From contig JAKFCT010000001.1 of assembly GCA_036676495.1 (NCBI GenBank), positions 1-64,000 on the forward strand: 64,000 bases of DNA. The letters are read 5' to 3'. The notes beneath the pieces were generated by a model that had not been told where the DNA came from, did not search any database, and saw nothing but the letters and a program-made list of their open reading frames with translations. Shown piece by piece: positions 47,107 through 57,176 of the stretch. Positions within the stretch are counted from its first letter, which is position 1. Each line of letters opens with the position of its first letter. Made by a program: the position numbers and the translations under genes. This DNA comes from Candidatus Sericytochromatia bacterium (GTDB lineage Bacteria; Cyanobacteriota; Sericytochromatia; S15B-MN24; UBA4093).

Positions 47107-47856
47107 CTAGCAGGTCACCCGCCCGCCGTCGACCAAGAGCGTCTGCCCGGTCACGTAGGAGGCCTGCTCGGACGCCAGGAAGAGCACCGCCGCGGCGATG
47201 TCCGCGTCCGTCCCGAAGCGGCCCATGGGAGTGCCTTCCTCGACCGCCTGCCGCTGCTCGGGACTCAAGCCCGCCTGAATCCGGGTCTCGACGTAGCCCG
47301 GCGCCACCCCCACTGCGCGCACCTGCGGAGCCAGCTCCTTGGCGAGACTCTTGGTCAACGCGATCACGCCCGCCTTGGCCGCCGCGTAATGCATCGACGA
47401 GGCGGCCCCTTCCACCCCGCGCATGGACGCGATGTTGACGATCACCCCGCTCCCGCGCGCGACCATGCCCTGGGCTGCCGCCTGCGCGCAGAGGAACGTT
47501 CCCTTCAGGTTCACGTCCACCACGTCGTCCCACATCTCCTCGGTGATGGCGAAGAGTCCGCCACGCCGCACGACCCCGGCATTGTTGACCAGGATGTCGA
47601 GCGGCCCCAGCTCCGCTTCGACCCGCTCGACCATGGCCCGGACCTCGGCCGGCCGCGCGACATCGGCCCGGACGGCGAGCGCGCGCGCCCCCCTCTCCCG
47701 GATCGACGCGACGACCGCGTCGGCTGCCGCCTCGTCATGGGCATAGTTGACGGCCACATGGGCCCCCTCGTTTCCGAAGGCCTGGGCGATTCCCCGGCCG
47801 ATGCCATGGCTCGCGCCCGTCACCAAGACGACCTTGCCCTTGTAACCCAGGTCCAT
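47107..47856 (-). CDS. Classical SDR oxidoreductase (FabG-like)
   Basis: TGASHGIG, NNAG, YAAAK. Confidence 0.9.
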   Translation of the reverse strand: MDLGYKGKVVLVTGASHGIGRGIAQAFGNEGAHVAVNYAHDEAAADAVVASIRERGARALAVRADVARPAEVRAMVERVEAELGPLDILVNNAGVVRRGGLFAITEEMWDDVVDVNLKGTFLCAQAAAQGMVARGSGVIVNIASMRGVEGAASSMHYAAAKAGVIALTKSLAKELAPQVRAVGVAPGYVETRIQAGLSPEQRQAVEEGTPMGRFGTDADIAAAVLFLASEQASYVTGQTLLVDGGRVTC

Positions 47857-48029
47857 GCTCCGTCCTTTCCACGTTTCAGCGTCGACTCCCCCCATGTTAC
47901 CTCAGGGCAGGCTGGTCGGTAGCGCGCTCAGCGAAAGGCAAGGAGCGGTGACGCCCCCCTCGAGTCAAGAGGAGGGGCATCACCGCTCGTGATCCTGCTG
48001 CGACGCTCCGCGTCGAGAAGGAAGGAGGC

Positions 48030-49145
48030 CTAGAGGCCGAAGATCGCCTCGAAGGGATCGACCGCTCCGTGGCCGTAGGTGTCGTCCCGACCGCGATCGC
48101 CCAGGTCATCGGCGGTCTTGTAGAGGCGCTCGCGGATCTGGGCGGGCGTCCAGTCGGGATTCTTGGCGACCAGCAGCGCGGCGACGCCGGCGACGTAGGG
48201 AGCCGCCATCGAGGTGCCGGTGTAGTTGGCGAAGGAATCGTCGGGAACCGAGGAGCGAATCGCGGTTCCGGGAGCCGAGAGGTCGACGGCGGGGCCGCGG
48301 CTGGAGCTGGGATGGGTCTTGAGCGGGCGGGAATGGTCGTCCAGGTTGGCCACGGAGATGACGTTCGGCGAGTTGCCGGGGTAGCCGACGGTATCGGCCT
48401 TGTCCGTGCCGTTGTTGCCCGCGGCCACCACCACGACGACCCCCTTGGACTCGGCGTAGCGAATGGCTTCCTCGACCTGCTTGACCTTGCGGCCGTGAAC
48501 GAACTTCATCAGCCAGCCGTCCATCTGGATCCCGAGGCTGATGTTGATGACCTTGGCGCCATGGTCGGCCGCGTAGCGGATGCCGTCGGCGAGCTGCGGC
48601 ATGAACTTGGTGTTGGAGGTGGAGAGGTTGGGAATCTTGATCGGCAGAATCGACGCGCCCTGGGCCACCCCTTCGAGCCCCTCGGAGGGGAAGGACCCGG
48701 CGATGATGCCGGCGACATGGGTGCCGTGCCCCATGGTGTCCTCGACGTCCCGGCCCTTGGTCTCGACGTTGTAGCCGGGAAGCAAGCGGCCCTTGAGGGC
48801 GGGGTGATCGGTGTCGACCCCCGAGTCGATGACCGCGACCACCACCTGGCCCTGCGGGATCTCGCCGAAGCCGTCGTCGGTGAAGAGCACGGAGGCCTCC
48901 GCGCCGTCAAGGGAGAGGCGATCGCCCCGGCTCACGCTGGCGTCGGCGCCAAGACGGGCGACGCGGCTCTCGGTGCGGGCCGCGCCGCTCAAGAGCAGCA
49001 CGTCCTGGCCCTGGCGGGCGATCACGCTGGGAAGGCCGTCCTTGGCCGCTTCGGCCTGCAGCAGAGCCCGATTGGCCGCCGTGTCGCGAAGACGCTTGGC
49101 CGTGGCGAGGGTCTGGAGCTGGGACGAGCGGGTCTGAACAGCCAT
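48030..49145 (-). CDS. S8 subtilisin-family serine peptidase without Sec signal peptide
   Basis: IDSG, HGTHVAG, AAGN, GTSMAAP; RBS AGGAGG. Confidence 0.92.
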   Translation of the reverse strand: MAVQTRSSQLQTLATAKRLRDTAANRALLQAEAAKDGLPSVIARQGQDVLLLSGAARTESRVARLGADASVSRGDRLSLDGAEASVLFTDDGFGEIPQGQVVVAVIDSGVDTDHPALKGRLLPGYNVETKGRDVEDTMGHGTHVAGIIAGSFPSEGLEGVAQGASILPIKIPNLSTSNTKFMPQLADGIRYAADHGAKVINISLGIQMDGWLMKFVHGRKVKQVEEAIRYAESKGVVVVVAAGNNGTDKADTVGYPGNSPNVISVANLDDHSRPLKTHPSSSRGPAVDLSAPGTAIRSSVPDDSFANYTGTSMAAPYVAGVAALLVAKNPDWTPAQIRERLYKTADDLGDRGRDDTYGHGAVDPFEAIFGL

Positions 49146-49192
49146 TCTGCCTCCTGGATGCATCGGGGAACATGACCGACGAGGGGTGCTGC

Positions 49193-49240
49193 TTAACGTT
49201 ATCGCCCCTTTGATTTAAATCTTTCTTAGAATTTTCTTAA
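49193..49240 (-). promoter_or_regulatory. Sigma28-like promoter overlapped by 11-bp-phased TTAA repeats
   Basis: GAAA-N15-GGCGATAA (49225-49199); TTAA 49193, TTAA 49215, TTAG 49226, TTAA 49237. Confidence 0.65.
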
Positions 49241-49290
49241 TACCCGGGCGAATTCGCCTCCCATGCGCCTCCCGGTGGTAGGATCAGGGC

Positions 49291-50412
49291 ATGACGACGG
49301 CAACAGGCTTGTGGAACCGCTTATTCGAGACGGCGCAGGAGCTGGGCTTCGGCGCCATGGGGGCAGTCGCGGCCCATCCGGACCCGAAAAGGCCCGTCCT
49401 CGAGCGCTGGCTGGACCAGGGCATGCACGGAGACATGGCCTGGATGGCCAAGGATCCCGCCCGACGCACGGACCCGCGCATGGTCCTGCCCGAGGCCCGC
49501 ACCGTCCTCGCGCTCTACCACTCCTATCATCCGGGCCTGCTGGAGGCCCCGCCGCAGGACAGCCCGCGCGGCCGGATCGCCCGCTACGCGCTGGGGGACG
49601 ACTATCACGACCTCCTGGTCAGCAAGCTCCGCGTCCTCTCCCAGGAGCTGGAAGACCCCACGGCCCGCGTCTACACCGATACGGGCCCCTTCCTCGAGCG
49701 CTCCGTGGCGAGCCGCGCCCAGCTGGGCTGGACCGGGAAGTCGGGCCTGCTGATTCACCCCAAGCTCGGGACGTACGGCTTCCTGGCCGAGATCGTCACG
49801 GCCCAGGACCTGCCGGTGGCGGAAACGCCGCATCCGGATCGCTGCGGCACCTGCACGCGTTGCCTGGACGTCTGCCCCACCGGAGCCCTGGTGGCCCCCG
49901 GGATCGTCGACTCCCGCCGCTGCATCTCCTACCTGACCATCGAGCACCGGGGCCCCATCCCCCACGAGCTGAGGCCCCTCATGGGAGACTGGGTCTACGG
50001 CTGCGACCTCTGCCAGGAAGTCTGCCCCTGGAACCGCAAGGCTCCCGTCGCGACCGAGCCCGCCTTCCAGCCCAAGCCAGACCGGGTCTTCCCCCGGCTC
50101 GTCGACCTCCTGCTGATGACCCAGGAGCAATTCTCCCAAACCTTCAAGGGATCGGCCATCAAGCGGACCAAACGCCGCGGCCTCGCCCGCAACGCCGCCA
50201 TCGCGCTGGGCAACGCCAAAGACCCCGCCACGGTCCCCGCGTTGAAGCAGGCCTTAGAAAGCGATCCCGAGCCCCTCGTCCGGGGGGCCGTGGCCTGGGC
50301 GCTCGGCCAGATCGGGACGGGCGAGGCCAGGGGAGCCTTGGAAGCCGCCAGGGACCGTGAAAGCGACCCGGAGGTGAGCGAGGAGATCCAGCGGGCGCTC
50401 GCGGGGGAGTGA
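49291..50412 (+). CDS. queG: Epoxyqueuosine reductase
   Basis: IARYALGDDYH, DTGP, CGTCTRCLDVCPT, CISYLTIE, GCDLCQEVCPWN, HEAT-repeat tail. Confidence 0.95.
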   Translation: MTTATGLWNRLFETAQELGFGAMGAVAAHPDPKRPVLERWLDQGMHGDMAWMAKDPARRTDPRMVLPEARTVLALYHSYHPGLLEAPPQDSPRGRIARYALGDDYHDLLVSKLRVLSQELEDPTARVYTDTGPFLERSVASRAQLGWTGKSGLLIHPKLGTYGFLAEIVTAQDLPVAETPHPDRCGTCTRCLDVCPTGALVAPGIVDSRRCISYLTIEHRGPIPHELRPLMGDWVYGCDLCQEVCPWNRKAPVATEPAFQPKPDRVFPRLVDLLLMTQEQFSQTFKGSAIKRTKRRGLARNAAIALGNAKDPATVPALKQALESDPEPLVRGAVAWALGQIGTGEARGALEAARDRESDPEVSEEIQRALAGE

Positions 50413-50476
50413 GCGTTTACCTCTGCTTGCTCCGGGTATGATCCGAGCGGCCCCCCGTTTCGCGTGAGGAACCCGC

Positions 50477-51505
50477 GTGACCGCCACCGCTCCTACCGTT
50501 CATGATGCCTCGAGTGCCCTGGCCCTGCTCAGGAGGCTCGCCTCCGAGGCCGCCCGCGAGAGTCTGCCTCAGGATCGGACGAAAAAGCTGCTGGAACAAG
50601 CCGCTAGACTGGTGGGTTCGACCCGCGGGGCGCTCATGATCGGCAACACCCTGGATCAGACGGCGGTCTTCGGCTCGGAAGGCCCCCTGGATCTGCCACG
50701 GGACTTGCTGGCGGAAGCCATGCTGGAGCGCCGTCCCGCGTCCCGCCGCCTGGAGTCAGGGTGCTGGGGCCTGGCCTTGCCGCTTCAAGTTGGCCCCGAT
50801 CCGATCGCCCAGCTCTACCTCGAAGCCCCCGAGCCGCCCACTGAGTTGGCCCAAGAATTGCTTGAGACCTATACGCCGTTCGTGGCGCAGCTTTTATACG
50901 AAGTCAACGCCCGAAAGGTGTTGAAGCGGACGCGTGAGGCCTTCGAAGAAAAGCTGGACATGGCGCTGGGGCTTTACGATCTCTACCATGCGGCCGTGGG
51001 CGAGGCGATGACCGATCGCCTGACGGGGGTGGGGTCGCGCGCGTACTTCGACCAGCGGCTCTCCGAGCAGCTCGATCATGCGCGCCGGTACCGGCACCCG
51101 TTGACGCTGGTGATGATGGACGTGGATCACTTCAAGGCCATCAACGACCACTACGGCCATCCGGCCGGAGATCAGGTGCTCGCGGGCGTCGGCGCCCTCT
51201 TGCGGGGGAGCGTGAGGCTGTCGGACGTGGCGGCCCGTTACGGCGGCGAGGAGTTCGCGCTGATCCTGCCCTTCACCGACACGGAGGGCGCGTGGATCCT
51301 GGCCGATCGCTTGCGGCAAGCGTTGCAGGAATGGACGCTGATCCTGAGCGAGGGGCTCGTCCAGGTGACGGCCAGTTTCGGCCTGGCCGAGCTGAAGGAG
51401 GACATGGACGTCGCGGCGCTCGTCGCAGCGGCCGATCGGGCGCTGTATCGCGCCAAGCATGGTGGCCGGAACCAGGTTCAGGCGGCCGAGAGGATCGAAG
51501 GATGA
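50477..51505 (+). CDS. Diguanylate cyclase with degenerate GAF-like N-terminus
   Basis: DRLTG, DVDHFKAIND, I-site RLSD, RYGGEEF. Confidence 0.9.
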   Translation: MTATAPTVHDASSALALLRRLASEAARESLPQDRTKKLLEQAARLVGSTRGALMIGNTLDQTAVFGSEGPLDLPRDLLAEAMLERRPASRRLESGCWGLALPLQVGPDPIAQLYLEAPEPPTELAQELLETYTPFVAQLLYEVNARKVLKRTREAFEEKLDMALGLYDLYHAAVGEAMTDRLTGVGSRAYFDQRLSEQLDHARRYRHPLTLVMMDVDHFKAINDHYGHPAGDQVLAGVGALLRGSVRLSDVAARYGGEEFALILPFTDTEGAWILADRLRQALQEWTLILSEGLVQVTASFGLAELKEDMDVAALVAAADRALYRAKHGGRNQVQAAERIEG

Positions 51506-51867
51506 GGGTAGACCTGTTTTCCGGGCGTGACGAGCGCGTGACCTTCTCCCAGGGTCCGGACGGCTTGATCGTAGCCATGCGGGGAAAGGCCGACCTGGAG
51601 GTCATGGCGCGGGCGCTGGAGTCGCTGCACCAGGAGGCGCTCGCGCGCCGGCATCCGGGAGTCACCCTGGACCTGAGCCAGCTGGAGCCCTTGGAGCCGG
51701 CGGCGGTGAAGACCTTGATCAAGTGGGCCATGCGCCAGGCGGAGCTGGATGAAGCCGAGCGCTACGGGATCGTCTTGAGGTACTCGGAGAGCGTGTCCTG
51801 GCAGAAGGTGAGCCTCGCAGCGGTCGCTCACCTTTGCCCGTACGTCAGGCTCGGGCCTATCGCGTGA
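51502..51867 (+). CDS. STAS/SiaC-like small protein
   Basis: VTLDLSQLE...W, WQKVSL; ATGA overlap with the DGC gene. Confidence 0.55.
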   Translation: MRVDLFSGRDERVTFSQGPDGLIVAMRGKADLEVMARALESLHQEALARRHPGVTLDLSQLEPLEPAAVKTLIKWAMRQAELDEAERYGIVLRYSESVSWQKVSLAAVAHLCPYVRLGPIA

Positions 51868-52750
51868 GGGACGCGGCGGAGATCACGTCCACGTCGGTCG
51901 GAATCACCGGGGGAATGGTCTCGCCGTCGAGGGCCTTGACCAGCGTCTGAACCCCGAGTTTCCCCATTTGTTCGGGCTTCTGGGCGATCACCGCCTGGAC
52001 CGTCCCGTTGCGGACCAGTTTCAACATGGCAGGGGTCGCATCGAAGGCCACCACGGCGACCTTGCGGCCGCTGCGCCGGATGACGTCTCCGACGGCGGGA
52101 CCCGCGATGGCGTTGTCGGTGAAGAAGGCGCTGAGATCGGGATGCGCGTCCAAGGTCTCGCGCGCGATGCGCCGCGCGTTGTCGCGGCTCCCCATATCCG
52201 CTTGATCGCTCAAGAGGCGAATCCGGGTGCCCAGCATGGCGCGTCGGAAGCCTTCGACGCGCTGCCGGAGATTTTGGGCCGTGGGCACGCCGGTCACGAT
52301 GGCGACTTTGCCTTTGGAGGTGAGGCCGAGCATGGCCTCACCGGCCTTTCGACCCGCCAGGAGGTTATCGGTGCCGATATAGGCGAGCCGATCCTTGTCG
52401 ACGGTATCGGTATCGAAGGTGACGACCTTGATGCCCGCGCGGACCGCCTTGCGGACGACCGGTCCCAGGGCCTTTGAGTCGACGGGAGCAATGGCGATGC
52501 CGTCGACTCCCTGCGCGATGAGTTGCTCGACGTGGCGAATCTGCGTGGCCGTATCGGTTTCGCGCTCCGGGGCCTTCAAAAGGAGGCGCACGTGCTGCCG
52601 CTTGGCCTCACGCTTGGCGGATCGGGTCACGGATCCCCAGTACTCTCCTTGAAGGCTCTTGCAGACCAGGCCCAAGCGGTACGTCTTGGCCTCCGCAGGC
52701 GCAGCGGTCGCCATGCACAGGGCCAGGATCAAGAAAAAGCGTCGCATCAT
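51857..52750 (-). CDS. Periplasmic sugar-binding protein (RbsB-like), orphan
   Basis: Signal peptide, VDGIAIAP, YIGTDN, AFD, QKP..MG. Confidence 0.88.
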   Translation of the reverse strand: MMRRFFLILALCMATAAPAEAKTYRLGLVCKSLQGEYWGSVTRSAKREAKRQHVRLLLKAPERETDTATQIRHVEQLIAQGVDGIAIAPVDSKALGPVVRKAVRAGIKVVTFDTDTVDKDRLAYIGTDNLLAGRKAGEAMLGLTSKGKVAIVTGVPTAQNLRQRVEGFRRAMLGTRIRLLSDQADMGSRDNARRIARETLDAHPDLSAFFTDNAIAGPAVGDVIRRSGRKVAVVAFDATPAMLKLVRNGTVQAVIAQKPEQMGKLGVQTLVKALDGETIPPVIPTDVDVISAASLTR

Positions 52751-52939
52751 GGGGCCATCCTGTCCGGGATCGTGAACGCGTGACGTGATGGCACCAGTCT
52801 AGCATAAGCAGGCGCTCGTCTGGCATTCATGCGGGCGGAGGCTTTCTTTAAACCTCCGTGAAAGGTTGATTGAATCGGGCAAGTTTGCATGGGGACGGCG
52901 TATAATTTTCGAAGCAAGTTTCCGAAAGGAGGCCTCCGC

Positions 52940-53554
52940 ATGCTCGACTCGATAGGCAAGCTCGCGTCCCGCGCCCTCACGGCCCCCTTCCGGGCGACGC
53001 CGCCGGTCGCCGAGTCCCCCGCCGCGCCGCCCTCCCCAGGCAAGCCGTCTGCTGCCGCGGATCGGGCCATCGGCCTCGCGGGACGCGAGCAGATCGCGGC
53101 GTTCGCCCAGCCGCTCACTCCGCTCGAGGAGTTTCGCGAGCAGGCGCAGGCCATGATGGCCGGGATGGACGTCCTCACTCGGGTCGAGGCCGAGCGGATG
53201 CTGGCGGCGTTGACGCGCGACCTCAATCCCGGCGAGTCGCTGGGCGAGTTCCGCGCCCAGCTCAAGACGATGTTCAACAAGTTCAAGCAGTTCGTGGACG
53301 GCAAGCAGGACGAGCAGCGCCACGTCAGGGCCGAGGCCGACGCGCAGTGGCTGCTGTTCTACCAGTCTCTCGAGCGCTACCTCTTGCAGCTCGCGACGCT
53401 CGCGAAGGTGGAAGCCGACGTGCTGGACCGCCGCCAGAAGGAGTCGAAGAGCGAGGCCGTGTATAGCGAGCGCCTGCTGGTCGCCGCCGCGGCGACCCAG
53501 GCTCCGGAGCAGCGGGTCACGTTGTTGAGCGCGCAGCTGAGCCGGAAGTCTTAA
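52940..53554 (+). CDS. Hypothetical helical protein with Pro/Ala-rich N-terminus
   Basis: RBS AAAGGAGG, GC3 bias. Confidence 0.7.
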   Translation: MLDSIGKLASRALTAPFRATPPVAESPAAPPSPGKPSAAADRAIGLAGREQIAAFAQPLTPLEEFREQAQAMMAGMDVLTRVEAERMLAALTRDLNPGESLGEFRAQLKTMFNKFKQFVDGKQDEQRHVRAEADAQWLLFYQSLERYLLQLATLAKVEADVLDRRQKESKSEAVYSERLLVAAAATQAPEQRVTLLSAQLSRKS

Positions 53555-53693
53555 GCCGGGGGGCTCGCGGCCAAAGGCTCGCATGCCGTCGATGAGGCAT
53601 GCGAGCCAGGCCGCTTAGCGGGCCTCCGGCCCTTGTCTTCCCGGCGGCTCCCTCCTAAGATCGCGAGCGTACGGTTGAGCAAGGGAGATCGCC

Positions 53694-55343
53694 TTGGGCT
53701 TCCCATTCGGCCTTCCACCGATCACGCGCTATCGGCAGATTTTTTCCGTCATGGCGCGCTATGGCTTCGCGGATCTGGCCGAGGAGCTGGGCTACGAGGG
53801 CCTGATTCCTCGCACGTGGCGCCGCCCGCGCCCGGAGGCGGATCCCGACGAAACGCGCGCGCTCAACCTTCGCCTGGCCCTTCAGGAGCTGGGGCCCACC
53901 TACATCAAGCTGGGGCAGGTGCTCTCCACCCGCCCCGATCTCCTCCCGGCCCCCTACATCCGCGAACTGGAAAACCTTCAGGACCGCATCCCCCCCTTTC
54001 CGGGCGAGATCGCCAAGGCCCTGATCGAAGCCGAGCTGGGAGCTCCCATCAGCGAGCTCTTCATGGTCTTCTACGACACGCCGCTCGCTTCGGCCTCCCT
54101 CTCCCAGGCCCATGAAGCCATCCTTCCCGACGGCACCCAGGTGATCGTCAAGGTCCAGCGGCCGGAGGCCGCCGATCGGGTGAAACGGGACATCCCCGCG
54201 CTGCGCAGCCTCGCGAAGCTCTTCGAGTCCCGCACCGAATGGGGGAAGCTCTACGACCTGACCGGAGTGGTCAACGAGCTCGAGCGCAACCTCCTCATGG
54301 AGCTGAACTTCCTGCGCGAGCGCTTCAACCTCGAGACCCTGGCCGAAAACCTCGCGCCCTTTCCGCGGATCAAAGTTCCCAAGGTCTATCCCGGCTACTC
54401 CAGCCCGCGGGTGCTGGTCATGGAGCGCGTCTTCGGCAAGAAGCCCAATGGCGGCAGGCGGGAACCGGAGCTCGCCATCGAGTTCCTGCGCGCGTTCCTC
54501 AAGCAGTTCGCCGAAGACGGCTTCTTCCATGCCGATCCCCACCCGGGAAACGTCCTGCTGACCGAGGACGGCGACCTCTACCTGATCGACCTGGGCATGG
54601 TGGGCTACCTGGACTCCCGGACGCGCCGCGGAGTGACCAAGTTCCTGCTGGCCATGATGGGGCATCGCGGCGACACCGCGGCCGAGGTGCTGGTCGAGCT
54701 GGGGGATCCCTTGCGGGACTTCCAGATGAACGTCTACCGGCTGGAAATCGGGCGGTTGGTCTCGCGGTTCCACAACACCCCGCTCTCCGAGCTGAACGTC
54801 GGCGAGGTCATGACCGAGGCGGTCCGGATCGGCTCTCAGAGCCGGCTGCGATTCCAGTCCCAGCTCTTGCTGCTGGTGAAGGCCTTGACCCAGATCGACG
54901 GCATCGCCCGCGCGCTGGATCCGGAGGCGGATCTGCTCGACATCCTCCAGCCCTACTTGCCATCGGTGGTGGCCGATCAGGTCGGGGAGCTGACCAGCCC
55001 CATGAACCTCCTGCACACCGGCATCGAAGCCACCGAAGTCGCCCTCGACCTGCCGCGCAAGATGAGCATCCTGCTGGACAAGATCAACGCCGACAACCGG
55101 ATCCGCATCCAGTTCGAGCATGTCGCGCTGGCGGAGGCCTTCGAGCCCTTCGGCAAGTGGATCAACCGGATCGTGCTGGGGATCGTCTTCGCGGCCCTGG
55201 CGATCGCCTCGGCCATGATCATCTCCACCGGGGCAGGCCCCCAGTGGTTCGGTCACCCGGCGCTGGGGGTGCTGGGCTTTTTCTTGTCGATGCTGCTCGG
55301 CATCTACCTGGTCGTGACGATCCTCCGCACCCGCCTGCTCTGA
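53694..55343 (+). CDS. ABC1/UbiB/AarF family atypical kinase
   Basis: LGPTYIKLGQ, ASAS, VKVQRP, HADPHPGN, DLGMVG, two C-terminal TMs. Confidence 0.92.
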   Translation: MGFPFGLPPITRYRQIFSVMARYGFADLAEELGYEGLIPRTWRRPRPEADPDETRALNLRLALQELGPTYIKLGQVLSTRPDLLPAPYIRELENLQDRIPPFPGEIAKALIEAELGAPISELFMVFYDTPLASASLSQAHEAILPDGTQVIVKVQRPEAADRVKRDIPALRSLAKLFESRTEWGKLYDLTGVVNELERNLLMELNFLRERFNLETLAENLAPFPRIKVPKVYPGYSSPRVLVMERVFGKKPNGGRREPELAIEFLRAFLKQFAEDGFFHADPHPGNVLLTEDGDLYLIDLGMVGYLDSRTRRGVTKFLLAMMGHRGDTAAEVLVELGDPLRDFQMNVYRLEIGRLVSRFHNTPLSELNVGEVMTEAVRIGSQSRLRFQSQLLLLVKALTQIDGIARALDPEADLLDILQPYLPSVVADQVGELTSPMNLLHTGIEATEVALDLPRKMSILLDKINADNRIRIQFEHVALAEAFEPFGKWINRIVLGIVFAALAIASAMIISTGAGPQWFGHPALGVLGFFLSMLLGIYLVVTILRTRLL

Positions 55344-55464
55344 GGCGGAGCGTCACTCCCGCAAGGACGATGGGGGATCCCGGCAAGACGACCCTTGACC
55401 AAGCGCCCGGAACGCGCGTAAACTTTCTTAACACTCCTGACATGGAGGGGAGAGGGGATGCGTC

Positions 55465-56094
55465 ATGAACCTGGAAATCGGCGCGGAGGTGCTGGGCCCT
55501 GACGGGAAACTCGGGACGCTGACTCAGATCGTGATCGAGCCGCTGGGAGAGCGGGTCACCCATGTGATCGTGGAGCGGGGCGGGCTTCACCCCTGGGAGA
55601 AGGTGGTCCCCACCGACACCCTCACGCACACGGAAAACGCGCGGGTCTGGACGACGCTCAGCCTCAGCGAGATGGAAGCCCTTCCCGATTTCCTCTCGCT
55701 CAGCCACTCGGAGACGGCGCCGGCGATGCCCACGGAGGTTCCGCTGGCGGACTTGCAGCCGGTCGGCCTCCTCTGGCCGTCCAACGTGCTCGGCTGGTAC
55801 TTGCCCTCTCATCAGAGCCGCACCCCGGCTCCTCCCCAGGCCAACCTGCCTCCCGGCTCGCACGGCCTCAAATCCGGCACCGAGGTGCATTGCCGGGACG
55901 GGATGGTGGGGCACCTCGACGAGGTCGTCTACGACCAAGCGTCGGGCCGTGCCACGGGGATGATCATCCGGAAGGGCTTCTTCTTCGCGCGGGAGCTGGA
56001 GGCCCCCATCGACTGGGTGGAGGCCATCAACGACACGATCCGGTTGCGGGTCAGCTGCGACGAGGTCCCGCCGCGGCGCCGGCGGCGTCGCTAG
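55465..56094 (+). CDS. Tandem PRC-barrel protein
   Basis: Two G.EV...DG..G....VV repeats; polyArg tail. Confidence 0.75.
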   Translation: MNLEIGAEVLGPDGKLGTLTQIVIEPLGERVTHVIVERGGLHPWEKVVPTDTLTHTENARVWTTLSLSEMEALPDFLSLSHSETAPAMPTEVPLADLQPVGLLWPSNVLGWYLPSHQSRTPAPPQANLPPGSHGLKSGTEVHCRDGMVGHLDEVVYDQASGRATGMIIRKGFFFARELEAPIDWVEAINDTIRLRVSCDEVPPRRRRRR

Positions 56095-56095
56095 C

Positions 56096-57121
56096 TTACT
56101 CGTTCGCCCAGAGGGTGGCGGTGTCCAGGCCGATCGCCCCGATCCGGACGAGGTTGGCCGGATTGAAACGGTCCCCGGGAGCCTTCGCGATCCGATCGCG
56201 CTCGGGCAGGGTGTCGTCAGGCGTGTGCAGGTACTTGCTGAAAACCGGCTCCGCGTAGTAGCAGATGGCCCGCACTCCGGCCTTGCGGAACGCCGCGTGA
56301 TCGCTGGATGCTCCCGGGGGCAGGGCCTCGTGGGCATGGCCGCGCTCCCCATGAGGCACCTTGAATTCGCCGTAAAGCGGCTGCATGCCGCGGCGGCGGG
56401 CGATCGCCTCGATCGGATCCACCGACTTCGCCCCGGTCCGGATCCAGTCCGTCCCCAGCGTATCCGTCTGACCCACCGCGATGCAGTCCAGGTTGACCAT
56501 GCCCGCGATCTGCTTCAGGGCGATGGGCTGAGCGCCCGACGCGGTCGGCACAACCGGGTTACGGGTGTAATAGGTGGACCCGATCAGGCCCAGTTCCTCC
56601 CCCGAGAAGGCCATGAACATCACGCTGGACTTGGGCCCCTTGCCCGCCTTGGCGCGCTCGGCCATGACCCGGGCGATCTCCAGCACCGCCGCGGTGCCTC
56701 CGGCATTGTCATTGGCCCCAAAGTAAATCGTGTTGCCGCGTTTGCCCAGGTGATCCTTGTGGGCGCCGACGACGACGAAGCGATCGGGGCGCTCCGAGCC
56801 CTTCAAGACGGCGATGACGTTGTAGGCCGTCCCGCTGAAGCGGCGATCGGTGAAGGGCTGGAGGGTGACTTCGAGGCCCAGCTTGCGGAACTGCTCGACC
56901 AGGTAGGTGTCAGCGAGGGCGTCTCCCTCGGACGCGGTCATGCGGCCGGCCAGGGCGGGCTCGGTGAGGTAGGCGACGTGCGCGACCGCGCGGGCGGCAT
57001 CGAGGGGGTTGCTCTCGGACGATGCCGACAGCGGAGAGCCCACCTGGTGCTGAAGGGACGGAGACGGTCCCCCACAGGCGGCTAGCAGAACGATCACGCC
57101 AAGGCTTGCAAGCTTTCTCAT
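56096..57121 (-). CDS. M28 family peptidase lipoprotein
   Basis: Lipobox LAAC, GAHKDH, GANDNAGG, GEELGLIGS, SDH, HTPDD. Confidence 0.9.
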   Translation of the reverse strand: MRKLASLGVIVLLAACGGPSPSLQHQVGSPLSASSESNPLDAARAVAHVAYLTEPALAGRMTASEGDALADTYLVEQFRKLGLEVTLQPFTDRRFSGTAYNVIAVLKGSERPDRFVVVGAHKDHLGKRGNTIYFGANDNAGGTAAVLEIARVMAERAKAGKGPKSSVMFMAFSGEELGLIGSTYYTRNPVVPTASGAQPIALKQIAGMVNLDCIAVGQTDTLGTDWIRTGAKSVDPIEAIARRRGMQPLYGEFKVPHGERGHAHEALPPGASSDHAAFRKAGVRAICYYAEPVFSKYLHTPDDTLPERDRIAKAPGDRFNPANLVRIGAIGLDTATLWANE

Positions 57122-57176
57122 CCGACCCTCCCTCGTTTCCGTGTCAGGAAAAGCATAAGGGATAATCGAATTTTAA

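Noticed and set aside
55417-55431. Additional TTAA-N7-TTAA box upstream of the PRC gene (similarly 14995 and 44283)
   Set aside because: Spacing is 6 or 3 rather than 7, or the half-sites are too degenerate; not counted.
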